A stretch of 32,000 nucleotides of DNA from Pseudoalteromonas translucida KMM 520 (GTDB lineage: Bacteria; Pseudomonadota; Gammaproteobacteria; Enterobacterales; Alteromonadaceae), in assembly GCF_001465295.1 (NCBI RefSeq), contig NZ_CP011034.1:3240001-3272000 (forward strand), given 5' to 3'. The notes below the pieces were generated by a model that worked only from the letters and a program-made list of their open reading frames with translations, searched no databases and had not been told where the DNA came from. This document shows, in pieces, positions 19,585 to 29,009 of the stretch. Position numbers and translations under genes: made by a program. Position 1 is the first letter of the stretch. Every line of letters begins with the position of its first letter.

Positions 19585-20577
19585 ATGATCCATAAGTTCA
19601 AACCCGCATGGTGGATGACCAATCGTCACGTTCAGACCATAATGCCGCGTTTTTTCCGCCCATTTCATCATACTCGCTACCAATTAGAGCAACTTGATAC
19701 TCCCGATGGTGATTTTATCGAGCTTGCTTGGTCGCTACCGCATAACGAAACGGCTCCCCTTGCTGTGGTACTACATGGACTTGAAGGCAATATAAATAGC
19801 TTTTATGCCAAAGGCATGATGAAAGCCTTAAAAAAGCAAGGTTTTGCAGTAGTGCTTATGCATTTTAGAAACTGCTCCACCGAAGTAAATCGCTTACCAC
19901 GTGCTTATCACAGTGGAGATACCGCCGACTTAAGCTTTTTTATAAACCACTTAAAGCAGTTATATCCTAATCGACCTTTAGTTGCGGTAGGCTTTTCGCT
20001 AGGTGGTAATGTACTCGCTAAATATTTAGGCGAACAACAACAGCAATGCCCATTAAGTGCAGCAGCCCTGGTCTCGGCACCTTATGATTTGTCGGCATCA
20101 TCGGATGTTATTCGCAAAAGCTTAGGTAAAATTTATCAAAAATATTTACTCGATCGCATGAAAAAATCAATGCAGCGTAAATTGCCGCAAATCGAAAAAA
20201 AAATATCTTTAACGCCTGAACAATTAATGAAAATTGACGATTTGCTCGAATTCGATAATCAACTTACCGCACCTTTACACGGCTTTGAAAATGCACATGA
20301 TTATTACCGCCAAGCCAGTGCTATGCCGTATTTAAAACATATAGCGGTGCCAACATTAATTATTCATGCCAAAGACGACCCTATGCTCTCTATAAAGGCT
20401 GTACCAAGTAGGCAAGATGTAAGTGAGCATGTTACGCTGCGCATCTCTGAAAAAGGCGGACATGTGGGTTTTATTAGCGGTAAAAATCCATTTAAACCGG
20501 TATTTTGGTTAGAGCAAGCGGTGCCACGTTATTTTGGCCAATATGTATTAGATAAAACCAACAAAGAGTCAGTATGA
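19585..20577 (+). CDS. yheT: Alpha/beta-fold hydrolase YheT
   Basis: HGLEGN, the nucleophile elbow GFSLGGN and [17 protein letters not shown] are colinear with E. coli YheT as I remember it. I prefer the ATG at 19585 over GTG 19570. Confidence 0.85.
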   Translation: MIHKFKPAWWMTNRHVQTIMPRFFRPFHHTRYQLEQLDTPDGDFIELAWSLPHNETAPLAVVLHGLEGNINSFYAKGMMKALKKQGFAVVLMHFRNCSTEVNRLPRAYHSGDTADLSFFINHLKQLYPNRPLVAVGFSLGGNVLAKYLGEQQQQCPLSAAALVSAPYDLSASSDVIRKSLGKIYQKYLLDRMKKSMQRKLPQIEKKISLTPEQLMKIDDLLEFDNQLTAPLHGFENAHDYYRQASAMPYLKHIAVPTLIIHAKDDPMLSIKAVPSRQDVSEHVTLRISEKGGHVGFISGKNPFKPVFWLEQAVPRYFGQYVLDKTNKESV

Positions 20578-20828
20578 TCATTCCTTACGAGCAACTTGAT
20601 AAAGACACCTTATACAACCTAATAGAAAGCTATGTACTGCGCGAAGGTACTGATTATGGCGAAGTAGAAGCCAGCATCGAATCTAAAGTTAACCAAGTAA
20701 AGCTGCAGCTAAAAAGTGGCGAAGCTATGGTGTTTTTTTCAGAACTACATGAGTCGGTAACTATCATTTCCAAAGGTGAATTTAAAGCGCTGCAAAGTGA
20801 AGAGCACCAGGCACAATCGTTTGATTAG
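20574..20828 (+). CDS. yheU: YheU family protein (UPF0270)
   Basis: 84 aa. [29 protein letters not shown] is the YheU signature. Its start forms an ATGA overlap with the yheT stop. Confidence 0.8.
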   Translation: MIIPYEQLDKDTLYNLIESYVLREGTDYGEVEASIESKVNQVKLQLKSGEAMVFFSELHESVTIISKGEFKALQSEEHQAQSFD

Positions 20829-20876
20829 ATACAGTTAACTTTGTAGCACTTGTAACTTTTGTATTGAAAGTACACA

Positions 20877-22100
20877 ATGGCTTTTTACCCAAAGAGCCAT
20901 AAAATGATAAAACTCAGCACTCTAGTGGTAGCCATATCACTAGCATTAACCAGCCAAGCCAATGCAGCAACAACAATAACCGCATCAGATAAAGCAATTA
21001 AGCTGGCAAAAGACACAATTTTAATTGATACCCATATTGATGTACCTTACCGTCTACACGACAAATGGGCCGACGTTACCAAAGCCACCGACGATGGTGA
21101 CTTTGACTACCCTCGCGCTATACAAGGCGGTTTAAATGCCCCATTTATGTCGATTTATATTCCTGCCCACCTAGAATTTGAAGGCAAAGGTAAAAGCTAT
21201 CAACTTGCTAATTTACTTATTGATAGCATGGAAGCAATTGCACAACGTGCGCCCGACAAATTTGCAATTGCCAGCTCAACTGCCGATATAGAAGAGCAGT
21301 TTAAGCAAGGTAAGCTTTCGATTGCTATGGGCATGGAAAATGGCTCACCTATTGAAGGGGATATGAAAAACCTGCAGCACTTTTTCGACCGTGGTGTGCG
21401 TTATATCACCCTTGCTCATTCGCAAAGCAACCATATTTCAGACTCGTCATACGACATTCGCCGTAAATGGAAAGGCTTAAGCCCTTTTGGTAAAAAGCTA
21501 GTTACTGAAATGAACAATATTGGCATGTTAATCGACGTTTCGCACATTTCTGATGATGCGTTTTATCAGGTAATAGAACTCTCTAAAACACCCGTTATTG
21601 CCTCGCATTCATCGCTACGCAAATACACACCCGGTTTTGAGCGTAATATGAATGACGACATGCTACTGGCGCTGAAAAAAAATGGCGGGGTTATTCAAAT
21701 TAACTTTGGCTCAAGCTTTGTTACCGCTAAAGCCGGTAGTTGGGGCAAGCAGCTAAAAAGTACAAAAGAGTCTGCTAAAAAAGAAGGCACCAAATTAAGT
21801 AATGATTTTGATGCTGCATATCGCGCTAAAAACCCCTACCCATTTGCCAGCCTTGAACAAGTACTTGATCATATTGATCACGTAGTTGCGCTAATTGGTA
21901 TTGATTATGTAGGTATTGGTTCTGATTATGATGGTGTTGGCGATTCGCTGCCGATTGGCTTAAAAGACGTGTCTAGCTATCCTAACCTAGTACAAGGTTT
22001 AATGGATAGGGGCTATAGTGATACCGATATTAAAAAGATTTTAAGCGGCAATACACTACGCGTTTGGAAACAAGCCGAAGCGTATGCGAAAAAGCATTAG
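20877..22100 (+). CDS. Membrane/periplasmic dipeptidase, peptidase family M19
   Basis: 407 aa. IDTHIDVPY, LAHSQSN, DVSH, ASHSS and GIGSDYDG are the renal-dipeptidase-type metal ligand blocks. The signal peptide is MIKLSTLVVAISLALTSQANA. The start may instead be the ATG at 20904. Confidence 0.88.
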   Translation: MAFYPKSHKMIKLSTLVVAISLALTSQANAATTITASDKAIKLAKDTILIDTHIDVPYRLHDKWADVTKATDDGDFDYPRAIQGGLNAPFMSIYIPAHLEFEGKGKSYQLANLLIDSMEAIAQRAPDKFAIASSTADIEEQFKQGKLSIAMGMENGSPIEGDMKNLQHFFDRGVRYITLAHSQSNHISDSSYDIRRKWKGLSPFGKKLVTEMNNIGMLIDVSHISDDAFYQVIELSKTPVIASHSSLRKYTPGFERNMNDDMLLALKKNGGVIQINFGSSFVTAKAGSWGKQLKSTKESAKKEGTKLSNDFDAAYRAKNPYPFASLEQVLDHIDHVVALIGIDYVGIGSDYDGVGDSLPIGLKDVSSYPNLVQGLMDRGYSDTDIKKILSGNTLRVWKQAEAYAKKH

Positions 22101-22108
22101 GCTCTAGA

Positions 22109-22151
22109 TATCAGGTATCAGGTATCAGGTATCAGGTATCAGGTATCAGGT
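22109..22151 (+). repeat. Perfect heptanucleotide microsatellite (TATCAGG) x6
   Basis: Read directly: tatcagg tatcagg tatcagg tatcagg tatcagg tatcagg t. It begins 9 nt after the dipeptidase stop. Confidence 0.97.
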
Positions 22152-22185
22152 TAGAAAAGCATAGCGAACACTAACTTCAATATAT

Positions 22186-22210
22186 AACGCGGCCAATAGT
22201 CGCGTTTTTT
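22186..22210 (+). terminator. Probable terminator of the dipeptidase gene
   Basis: aacgcg-gccaatagt-cgcgtt followed by tttttt. Confidence 0.5.
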
Positions 22211-22276
22211 ATCCTCAGGGTTGCGTAAAAACTCCATCCAAACGAGAATATTAAAATTAACCCCGAGTGCTTTTTT

Positions 22277-22312
22277 ACCTAAAACCTGATACCTCGCACC
22301 TGAAACCTGTAC
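22277..22312 (-). repeat. Inverted, degenerate copies of the heptamer array
   Basis: The reverse complement reads gtacaggtt tcaggtg cgaggta tcaggtt ttaggt. The segment 22283-22294 (aacctgatacct) is the perfect reverse complement of 22141-22152 (aggtatcaggtt). Confidence 0.8.
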
Positions 22313-22327
22313 TTTATTTCAGGCATT

Positions 22328-22356
22328 AAAAAAGGCCACTTAAGTGACCTTTTTCT
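22328..22356 (-). terminator. Rho-independent terminator of tufB
   Basis: The minus strand reads aaggtcact-taa-gtggcctt (with one G-U pair) followed by tttttt, 25 nt after the tuf stop. Confidence 0.65.
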
Positions 22357-22380
22357 AATAATTAACTTAAACGTTAATTA

Positions 22381-23565
22381 TTACGCTACGATGTTTGCAA
22401 CAACGCCAGCGCCTACAGTACGACCACCTTCACGGATAGCGAAACGAAGACCTTCGTCCATCGCGATTGGCGCGATTAGAGTTACTGTCATCTTAACGTT
22501 ATCACCAGGCATTACCATTTCTACGCCTTCTGGTAACTGTACGTCACCAGTTACGTCAGTTGTACGGAAGTAGAACTGTGGACGGTAACCTTTGAAGAAT
22601 GGAGTATGACGACCACCTTCATCTTTTGAAAGTACGTATACTTCTGATTCAAAAGTAGTGTGTGGCTTGATTGAACCAGGCTTAGCTAGTACTTGACCAC
22701 GTTCAACGTCTTCACGCTTAGTACCACGTAAAAGTGCACCAATGTTCTCACCAGCACGACCTTCGTCAAGCAGTTTACGGAACATTTCAACACCAGTACA
22801 GATTGACTTAGTTGTATCACGGATACCAACAATTTCAATCTCGTCGTTGATGCGGATAATACCAGCTTCAACACGACCAGTTACAACAGTACCACGGCCT
22901 TGGATTGAGAAAACGTCTTCGATAGGCATGATGAATGCTTTATCGATGTCACGCTCTGGCTCTGGAATGTAAGAATCAAGTGCATTTGCAAGCTCAATGA
23001 TCTTATCTTCCCACTCTTTCTCGCCTTCAAGCGCTTTAAGTGCTGAACCTTGAATTAGTGGTAAGTCATCACCTGGGAAGTCGTATTCTGAAAGAAGTTC
23101 ACGAACTTCCATTTCTACTAGCTCAAGTAGCTCTTCGTCATCAACCATGTCACATTTGTTCATGAACACGATGATGTAAGGAACGCCAACTTGGCGAGAA
23201 AGCAGGATGTGCTCACGTGTTTGTGGCATAGGACCATCAGTCGCAGCTACTACTAAAATAGCACCGTCCATTTGAGCAGCACCAGTGATCATGTTTTTAA
23301 CATAATCGGCGTGACCAGGACAATCTACGTGTGCGTAGTGACGAGTAGGCGTATCGTATTCAACGTGAGACGTTGAAATTGTGATACCGCGCTCGCGCTC
23401 TTCTGGAGCGTTGTCGATTGATGCGAAATCTTTAGCAACACCGCCGTATACTTTTGCAAGTACGTTAGTGATTGCTGCAGTTAATGTAGTTTTACCGTGG
23501 TCAACGTGGCCAATTGTACCTACGTTAACATGCGGTTTTACGCGTTCAAACTTTGCTTTTGCCAT
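22381..23565 (-). CDS. tufB: Translation elongation factor Tu
   Basis: 394 aa: [33 protein letters not shown]..., [12 protein letters not shown]. It is called tufB because it follows thrU-tyrU-glyT-thrT as in E. coli. Confidence 0.98.
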   Translation of the reverse strand: MAKAKFERVKPHVNVGTIGHVDHGKTTLTAAITNVLAKVYGGVAKDFASIDNAPEERERGITISTSHVEYDTPTRHYAHVDCPGHADYVKNMITGAAQMDGAILVVAATDGPMPQTREHILLSRQVGVPYIIVFMNKCDMVDDEELLELVEMEVRELLSEYDFPGDDLPLIQGSALKALEGEKEWEDKIIELANALDSYIPEPERDIDKAFIMPIEDVFSIQGRGTVVTGRVEAGIIRINDEIEIVGIRDTTKSICTGVEMFRKLLDEGRAGENIGALLRGTKREDVERGQVLAKPGSIKPHTTFESEVYVLSKDEGGRHTPFFKGYRPQFYFRTTDVTGDVQLPEGVEMVMPGDNVKMTVTLIAPIAMDEGLRFAIREGGRTVGAGVVANIVA

Positions 23566-23700
23566 GACGGAACCTATCAGTTTTGTGTATCTATATTACA
23601 TATGAAAATAATCCACCATAGGTAGATTAAGTTGATTTTTTCAAATTTCAAATAGTTTTTTCTGACAGATAAAGGAAGCGCTTAAGGAGGTTCTTAAAAC

Positions 23701-23776
23701 TGGTGCTGATAGGCAGAGTCGAACTGCCGACCTCACCCTTACCAAGGGTGCGCTCTACCAACTGAGCTATATCAGC
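23701..23776 (-). tRNA. thrT: tRNA-Thr (anticodon GGT), CCA encoded
   Basis: The reverse complement is gctgatatagctcagttggtagagcgcacccttGGTaagggtgaggtcggcagttcgactctgcctatcagcacca, which folds as a cloverleaf with the TPsiC loop ttcgact. Confidence 0.92.
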
Positions 23777-23788
23777 ATCACCATAAAC

Positions 23789-23864
<76 letters not shown>

Positions 23865-23915
23865 TTAGGAACCTGTTCTTAAAATACCTCTAACCGTCAA
23901 GAATAAAGTGGAAAG

Positions 23916-24001
23916 TGGTGGAGGGAGCTGGATTTCGAACCAGCGAAGGCTGAGCCGTCAGATTTACAGTCTGATCCCTTTGGCCGCTCGGGAACCCCTC
24001 C
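23916..24001 (-). tRNA. tyrU: tRNA-Tyr (anticodon GTA), long variable arm, CCA encoded
   Basis: The reverse complement is ggaggggttcccgagcggccaaagggatcagactGTAaatctgacggctcagccttcgctggttcgaaatccagctccctccacca. Confidence 0.92.
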
Positions 24002-24041
24002 ACGATAATTCTTTACTAATGCACTTTCGGTAAAAGGAAAG

Positions 24042-24117
<76 letters not shown>

Positions 24118-24130
24118 ACTGCTTTAGTAC

Positions 24131-24167
24131 GGGGCGAGATATTAGAGTAAGCTTTATTGGGATGCAA
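24131..24167 (-). promoter_or_regulatory. Candidate stringent-type sigma70 promoter of the tRNA-tufB operon
   Basis: The minus strand reads ttgcat (24167-24162), a 17-nt spacer, taatat (24144-24139), then the GC-rich discriminator ctcgcccc. An AT-rich UP-like tract (tcatttattttgattttatag) lies upstream. The site is about 15 nt before thrU. Confidence 0.55.
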
Positions 24168-24234
24168 CTATAAAATCAAAATAAATGAGAATTTATTGTC
24201 TAAATGCTCACAATTCAGGCAAAAACCGGATTTT

Positions 24235-24942
24235 TTATAATTTATTGCTGTTTTCATCTAATTCATACCAATAATTTAAGCCTTTAATAACCAACATAGG
24301 ATCAAAAATACTCGCTTTGAATTGCTGTTGTAATAACGCACCATAACCACCGGCAAAAATAATTTGCGTATTTTTATCATTTAAATAAGGTTTAGCTTGG
24401 TTAATTGCCCCTATGGTTGCAACCAAGGCACCATTTTTTAAACCATTTGGGGTGTTTTTTCCCAGCTGATTAGTAAATGGCGTATTTTCATCGTCAAAAA
24501 CGCGCTGGGTATTTTGCGTTAACGAGCGGGTCATTAAATCTAGGCCAGGTAAAATCCAGCCACCTAAGTGCTGCCCGTCACAATTGAGTACATCAATTGT
24601 GGTAGCAGTACCGGCATCAACAACTATGCAGGCCTTATTTGGATACAAGGTAAAGCTTGCAATAAGTGCCAGCCATCTATCTATACCTAAATTATTAAAG
24701 TGCTCGTAAGCACAGGTGAGCCCGCCTAGCGTTTTAGTTACTTTAGCTTCAAAGCAGCTAATACTATTAAAGGCGGCTTGCGCTAAAATGGTGTTAAGTA
24801 GCTCACTACGCCCTACGCAAGCATAAATAACGTGTGTAATTGCATGCCAAGGTAAGTTATTTAAATCACATGCTTGAACTTGCTCGCTTTGCCACAGTTT
24901 AGCTTTAAGTGAGGTATTACCTACATCTATGAGTAATTTCAT
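24235..24942 (-). CDS. coaX: Type III pantothenate kinase
   Basis: 235 aa. MKLLIDVGNTSLK and VVDAGTATTIDV are ASKHA-fold CoaX signatures. Its start forms an ATGA overlap with the birA stop. Confidence 0.9.
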   Translation of the reverse strand: MKLLIDVGNTSLKAKLWQSEQVQACDLNNLPWHAITHVIYACVGRSELLNTILAQAAFNSISCFEAKVTKTLGGLTCAYEHFNNLGIDRWLALIASFTLYPNKACIVVDAGTATTIDVLNCDGQHLGGWILPGLDLMTRSLTQNTQRVFDDENTPFTNQLGKNTPNGLKNGALVATIGAINQAKPYLNDKNTQIIFAGGYGALLQQQFKASIFDPMLVIKGLNYWYELDENSNKL

Positions 24943-25931
24943 AGTTGCGCCTTTCTGAGCGAAATTTCGCCGCCGTAATAGCTTTTTACTTCACCATCTT
25001 GGCGAATACGGATTCCGCCTTGTGGGTCTATTCCCTCACATATTCCGCGCCAACTACGATGCCCGGTATTTAGCTCTACACATTCACCAGCAAATGCATT
25101 TAAAGCATTCCATTGCTGATGCATGCTCTGTAAACCGCTTTCACTATATTGCTCTAAACGCTGCTCTAAATGATAAGTAAGCGAGGCAACCAACTGATTT
25201 TTATTAAGCTGCTGCGTATGTTGACTTAAATCGGTCCATGCTTGATCAATATGCTGACTAAAACTCTCTGGCATTTGTAAGTTAATACCTATGCCTATAA
25301 CTAACTGACAAGGACCCTGCGGTTGCGCGTCAAGCTCAACTAATACGCCCGCGAGCTTTTGTTTATTGAGGTAAATGTCGTTAGGCCACTTTAGCTCTAC
25401 TTCTATGTTGTAAAGCGCTTTAATAGCATCATATACAGCTAAGCCAACCACTATAGATACGCCCATAGCCGCCTGTATGCCATCATCTAAGCGCCAAAAA
25501 TAACTATAATATAAGTTGGCTCCAAATGGCGACTGCCAAACCCGGCCCCGTCGCCCACGCCCCAATTGCTGCATTTCGGCCACAATAACCGTGCCCGATT
25601 CAAGCTCAGTTTTTGCTTGTATGCGGCGCATTAGCTCACTATTAGTGGAGTCTATTATGGGGTGTACTTCTACTTTGGCGGTAGTTGCACCTAACGCTTG
25701 ATAGTGCTGTTGTATTTGCGCTTGGTTTAACAGCCCTACTTGGCTATTTAAGCTATAACCTTTACCGGTTACCTTAAAAATATCTAAGCCCATTTCTTGT
25801 AAGCTTTTAATATGCTTACTAATAGCAGCGCGGCTAATACCCAGTTGCTCGCCTAATACCTGCCCAGAAATAAAACCACCTTGATTAAGGGCATTTAAAA
25901 TGGCGAGTTTATTTCCATCGGGTGCTTTCAT
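24939..25931 (-). CDS. birA: Bifunctional biotin-[acetyl-CoA-carboxylase] ligase / biotin operon repressor
   Basis: It has the N-terminal HTH (GFISGQVLGEQLGISRAAISKHIKSLQEMG) and the ligase motif GRGRRGRVWQSP. I prefer the ATG at 25931 because it forms an ATGA overlap with the murB stop. The track start at 25958 would run inside murB. Confidence 0.9.
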   Translation of the reverse strand: MKAPDGNKLAILNALNQGGFISGQVLGEQLGISRAAISKHIKSLQEMGLDIFKVTGKGYSLNSQVGLLNQAQIQQHYQALGATTAKVEVHPIIDSTNSELMRRIQAKTELESGTVIVAEMQQLGRGRRGRVWQSPFGANLYYSYFWRLDDGIQAAMGVSIVVGLAVYDAIKALYNIEVELKWPNDIYLNKQKLAGVLVELDAQPQGPCQLVIGIGINLQMPESFSQHIDQAWTDLSQHTQQLNKNQLVASLTYHLEQRLEQYSESGLQSMHQQWNALNAFAGECVELNTGHRSWRGICEGIDPQGGIRIRQDGEVKSYYGGEISLRKAQL

Positions 25932-26938
25932 GGCGTTGGCTCCGCTGTAATATGGCATTCACTATTGTTATTAATTAAGCGTACTTCGTGCTCTAGCATA
26001 ATGTTGTAACGAGAAAATACGCTGTGTTGAATATGTTTAATCATCGCAATTAAATCGCTTCCTTGGCTTTGGCCGTAATTTACTAGCACTAGGGCTTGCT
26101 GTTTATGTACCTCAATACCTGCAATGCGGTGGCCTTTTAAACCCGCTTGCTCTATTAGCCAACCCGCAGCCACTTTATGGTGCTTTGCACCGTGTTTATA
26201 ATGCGGTAAATCTGCAAAGGTAGTTAATAAGGTAGCTAAACATTGATTAGTAATAATGGGATTCTTAAAAAAACTACCTGCATTAGGTAAGGTATAAGGA
26301 TTGGGTAATTTGCTGTTACGTGTTGCTATTACTTGCTCAAATACCGCTTGTGGCGTAACGGCTGCAAGTTGTTGCAGCGGCCCGTAACTTAATACCGGTT
26401 GCCACTTTTTAGGCAAGGCTAAATGCACAGCAGTGATCACCGCTTTATTTTTTAACGCGTGCTTAAAAATAGAATCGCGATAGCCAAACTCACATTGCGC
26501 ATTACTTAAAGTATTAAAGATTTTGTTCGCTATATCAAAATACTCAACCGACTCTACAAATTTAGCCAGCTCAACCCCGTAGGCACCAATATTTTGCACC
26601 GGCGCAGCACCCACAGTACCGGGAATAAGCGCTAGGTTTTCAAGCCCTGGAATGTTTTTAGCCAATAGCTCACTGACTAGTTGATGCCAGTTTTCGCCAG
26701 CCGCCACGCTAATTAAGTAATCGTTCGCACGCTCTTTTATTTGTACACCTTGAGTTGCCATTTTAATAACAGTACCGGTGTAGTCATTTAAAAACACCGT
26801 ATTGCTGCCCTCGCCTAGTAGGCAAAATGGGGGCTTAAAGCTTTGCGTTTTAAGCTGCTCTAAGTTATTAATTTCAACAAATTGTTGGCATTGGCTGGTT
26901 AATGCAAATGTATGTAACGTTTGTAATGAGTGCGCCAC
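25928..26938 (-). CDS. murB: UDP-N-acetylenolpyruvoylglucosamine reductase
   Basis: 336 aa with a GTG start. AHSLQTLHTF...LGEGSNTVF and GSFFKNP are MurB signatures. Confidence 0.93.
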   Translation of the reverse strand: MAHSLQTLHTFALTSQCQQFVEINNLEQLKTQSFKPPFCLLGEGSNTVFLNDYTGTVIKMATQGVQIKERANDYLISVAAGENWHQLVSELLAKNIPGLENLALIPGTVGAAPVQNIGAYGVELAKFVESVEYFDIANKIFNTLSNAQCEFGYRDSIFKHALKNKAVITAVHLALPKKWQPVLSYGPLQQLAAVTPQAVFEQVIATRNSKLPNPYTLPNAGSFFKNPIITNQCLATLLTTFADLPHYKHGAKHHKVAAGWLIEQAGLKGHRIAGIEVHKQQALVLVNYGQSQGSDLIAMIKHIQHSVFSRYNIMLEHEVRLINNNSECHITAEPTP

Positions 26939-27081
26939 AAAGCTCTCTAAATATACCGGTAACTAATCGCGTTAGTTTAACGCATTGTCGCAAATAGCGC
27001 ATCTGAATGTAAAAATTGCTCAACCCGCCTCGCCAATCATGATATAAAACCAACACTTATTTATTTGTGTTCAGGGTAATT

Positions 27082-28923
27082 ATGAAAATCACACCTCTTT
27101 TTTTAAGCTTAGCTATGGCTGGTATGTGCTCACAAGCAATGGCCAATGCTATTGATCAAAACTCGTATGCTAACCTCAATGACGTTATTACTACGCATTT
27201 AAACCTTGATTTAGATGTCGACTTTGCCGACAAGCAATTAGAAGGTTTTGTTGAGCACACCCTAGAATGGCAAAATAACAACAGCAAAACTCTAGTGCTC
27301 GATACTCGCGATTTAGATATTGATAAAGTAATGTATCAAGCGCAAAACGGCACATGGCATAAAGCTAAATTTAGTTTAGCAACACGCGATGATGTTAAAG
27401 GCTCAAAATTAACCATTACTTTTAAAAGCCAAGCGCCAAAAGTACGTATTTACTATAATAGCCGCCCTGAAGCGTCTGGCCTACAATGGTTAACACCAGA
27501 GCAAACAGCCAGCAAAACACACCCGTTTATGTACAGCCAGTCGCAAGCAATTCATGCACGTAGCTGGATCCCAGTACAAGACACGCCAGCAATGCGAGTA
27601 ACGTACTCGGCGCGCATTCATACTCCTAAAGATATACGTGCGGTAATGAGTGCCGACAATAAAGACGCGCTTTATAAAGATGGCGACTACATTTTTGATA
27701 TGCCACAAGCTATTTCGCCTTACTTAATTGCTATTGGCGCAGGTAATTTAGAATTTAAAGCAATGTCGCATCAAACCGGTATTTTTGCTGAGCCAACTAT
27801 TTTAGATGCTTCAGTTGCCGAATTTAACGACACCCAAGCGATGATCGATAAAACTAACGCACTTTACGGCGATTATGCATGGGGTCGTTACGATTTGCTT
27901 ATGCTACCGCCAAGTTTTCCGTTTGGTGGCATGGAAAACCCACGCCTTTCGTTTATTACCCCAACCGTGGTTGCAGGCGACAAAAGCTTAGTAAATCTAA
28001 TTGCCCATGAGCTTGCTCATTCTTGGTCTGGTAACTTAGTTACCAATGCAACCTGGGAAGATTTATGGTTAAACGAAGGTTTTACCTCGTACGTTGAAAA
28101 CCGCATTATGGAAGAAGTATTTGGTCGCGACCGCGCAGTAATGGAACAAGCCCTTGATGCAGCTGGTATTCGCGCTCAAATTAAAACGCTTGATGCACCA
28201 GACACGCGCCTTAACCTAAAGCTTAATGGCCGCGATCCTGATGATGCGTTTAGTTCTGTACCTTATACTAAAGGACAATTATTCTTAATTTACCTAGAAG
28301 AAAAATATGGCCGCGATAAGTTTGACGCCTTTGTAAAAACTTACTTTAACGAATTTGCCTTTAAATCTTTAACCACTGCACAATTTGTTACTTACCTAAA
28401 AGCTAACTTAATTGATAAGTACCCAGGTATTGTGAGCATGGATAAAGTAAATGAATGGATTTTTGCGCCAGGTTTACCAAGCGATACACCTAACCCAACA
28501 TCAGATGCTTTTGATAAAGTAGACACAGCAACAGCTACTTGGCTAAATGGCGATATCACAGCAGCGCAATTACCTACAGCTAATTGGTCGGTGCATGAAT
28601 GGTTACACTTTTTAAATAACTTACCGCGCGATTTAAGCCAAGCACATATGAGCGAGCTTGATACTGCGTATAACTTAACGCAATCAACTAACGCTGAGCG
28701 TGCATTTGCTTGGTTTATGCTAGCGGTAGGTAATGGCTACCAGCCAATTTACCCAGCGCTTGATAAGCACTTAACCAGTATTGGTCGTCGCAAGCTAATT
28801 GTCCCGCTTTATAAGTCACTTATTGATAACGGCAAAAAAGACTGGGCACAAAGCGTGTACTTAAAAGCACGCCCGGGTTATCACCCACTAGCACATGGCA
28901 CTATAGACGCATTATTTGAATAA
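27082..28923 (+). CDS. Secreted M1-family zinc aminopeptidase, leukotriene-A4-hydrolase-like
   Basis: GGMENP, HELAHSWSGN and NEGFTSY (HEXXH-X18-E) are present, plus a C-terminal LTA4H-type helical domain. The signal peptide is MKITPLFLSLAMAGMCSQAMA. The ATG at 27082 is preferred over the track start at 27067. Confidence 0.88.
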   Translation: MKITPLFLSLAMAGMCSQAMANAIDQNSYANLNDVITTHLNLDLDVDFADKQLEGFVEHTLEWQNNNSKTLVLDTRDLDIDKVMYQAQNGTWHKAKFSLATRDDVKGSKLTITFKSQAPKVRIYYNSRPEASGLQWLTPEQTASKTHPFMYSQSQAIHARSWIPVQDTPAMRVTYSARIHTPKDIRAVMSADNKDALYKDGDYIFDMPQAISPYLIAIGAGNLEFKAMSHQTGIFAEPTILDASVAEFNDTQAMIDKTNALYGDYAWGRYDLLMLPPSFPFGGMENPRLSFITPTVVAGDKSLVNLIAHELAHSWSGNLVTNATWEDLWLNEGFTSYVENRIMEEVFGRDRAVMEQALDAAGIRAQIKTLDAPDTRLNLKLNGRDPDDAFSSVPYTKGQLFLIYLEEKYGRDKFDAFVKTYFNEFAFKSLTTAQFVTYLKANLIDKYPGIVSMDKVNEWIFAPGLPSDTPNPTSDAFDKVDTATATWLNGDITAAQLPTANWSVHEWLHFLNNLPRDLSQAHMSELDTAYNLTQSTNAERAFAWFMLAVGNGYQPIYPALDKHLTSIGRRKLIVPLYKSLIDNGKKDWAQSVYLKARPGYHPLAHGTIDALFE

Positions 28924-28968
28924 ATTATTCAAATAATAACGAGCTTAATAAGCGAGTGTTTAAAATAC

Positions 28969-28996
28969 AAAAAGGGCCAACATTCGGCCCTTTTTA
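28969..28996. terminator. Bidirectional terminator between the aminopeptidase and the DUF2057-like gene
   Basis: aaaaa-gggcc-aacattc-ggccc-ttttt. Confidence 0.7.
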
Positions 28997-29009
28997 ATTG
29001 CATAAAAAA

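Noticed and set aside
22109-22151. Possibility that the tandem repeats are a CRISPR array
   Set aside because: The units are 7 nt, contiguous and without spacers. This is a microsatellite, not a repeat-spacer array, and there are no cas genes in the window.
26960-26983. Overlapping short palindromes (aactaa-tcgcg-ttagtt and gcgtta-gtt-taacgc) in the murB / aminopeptidase divergent region
   Set aside because: These are only 6-bp arms in an AT-rich spacer, which is within chance expectation. There is no supporting context.
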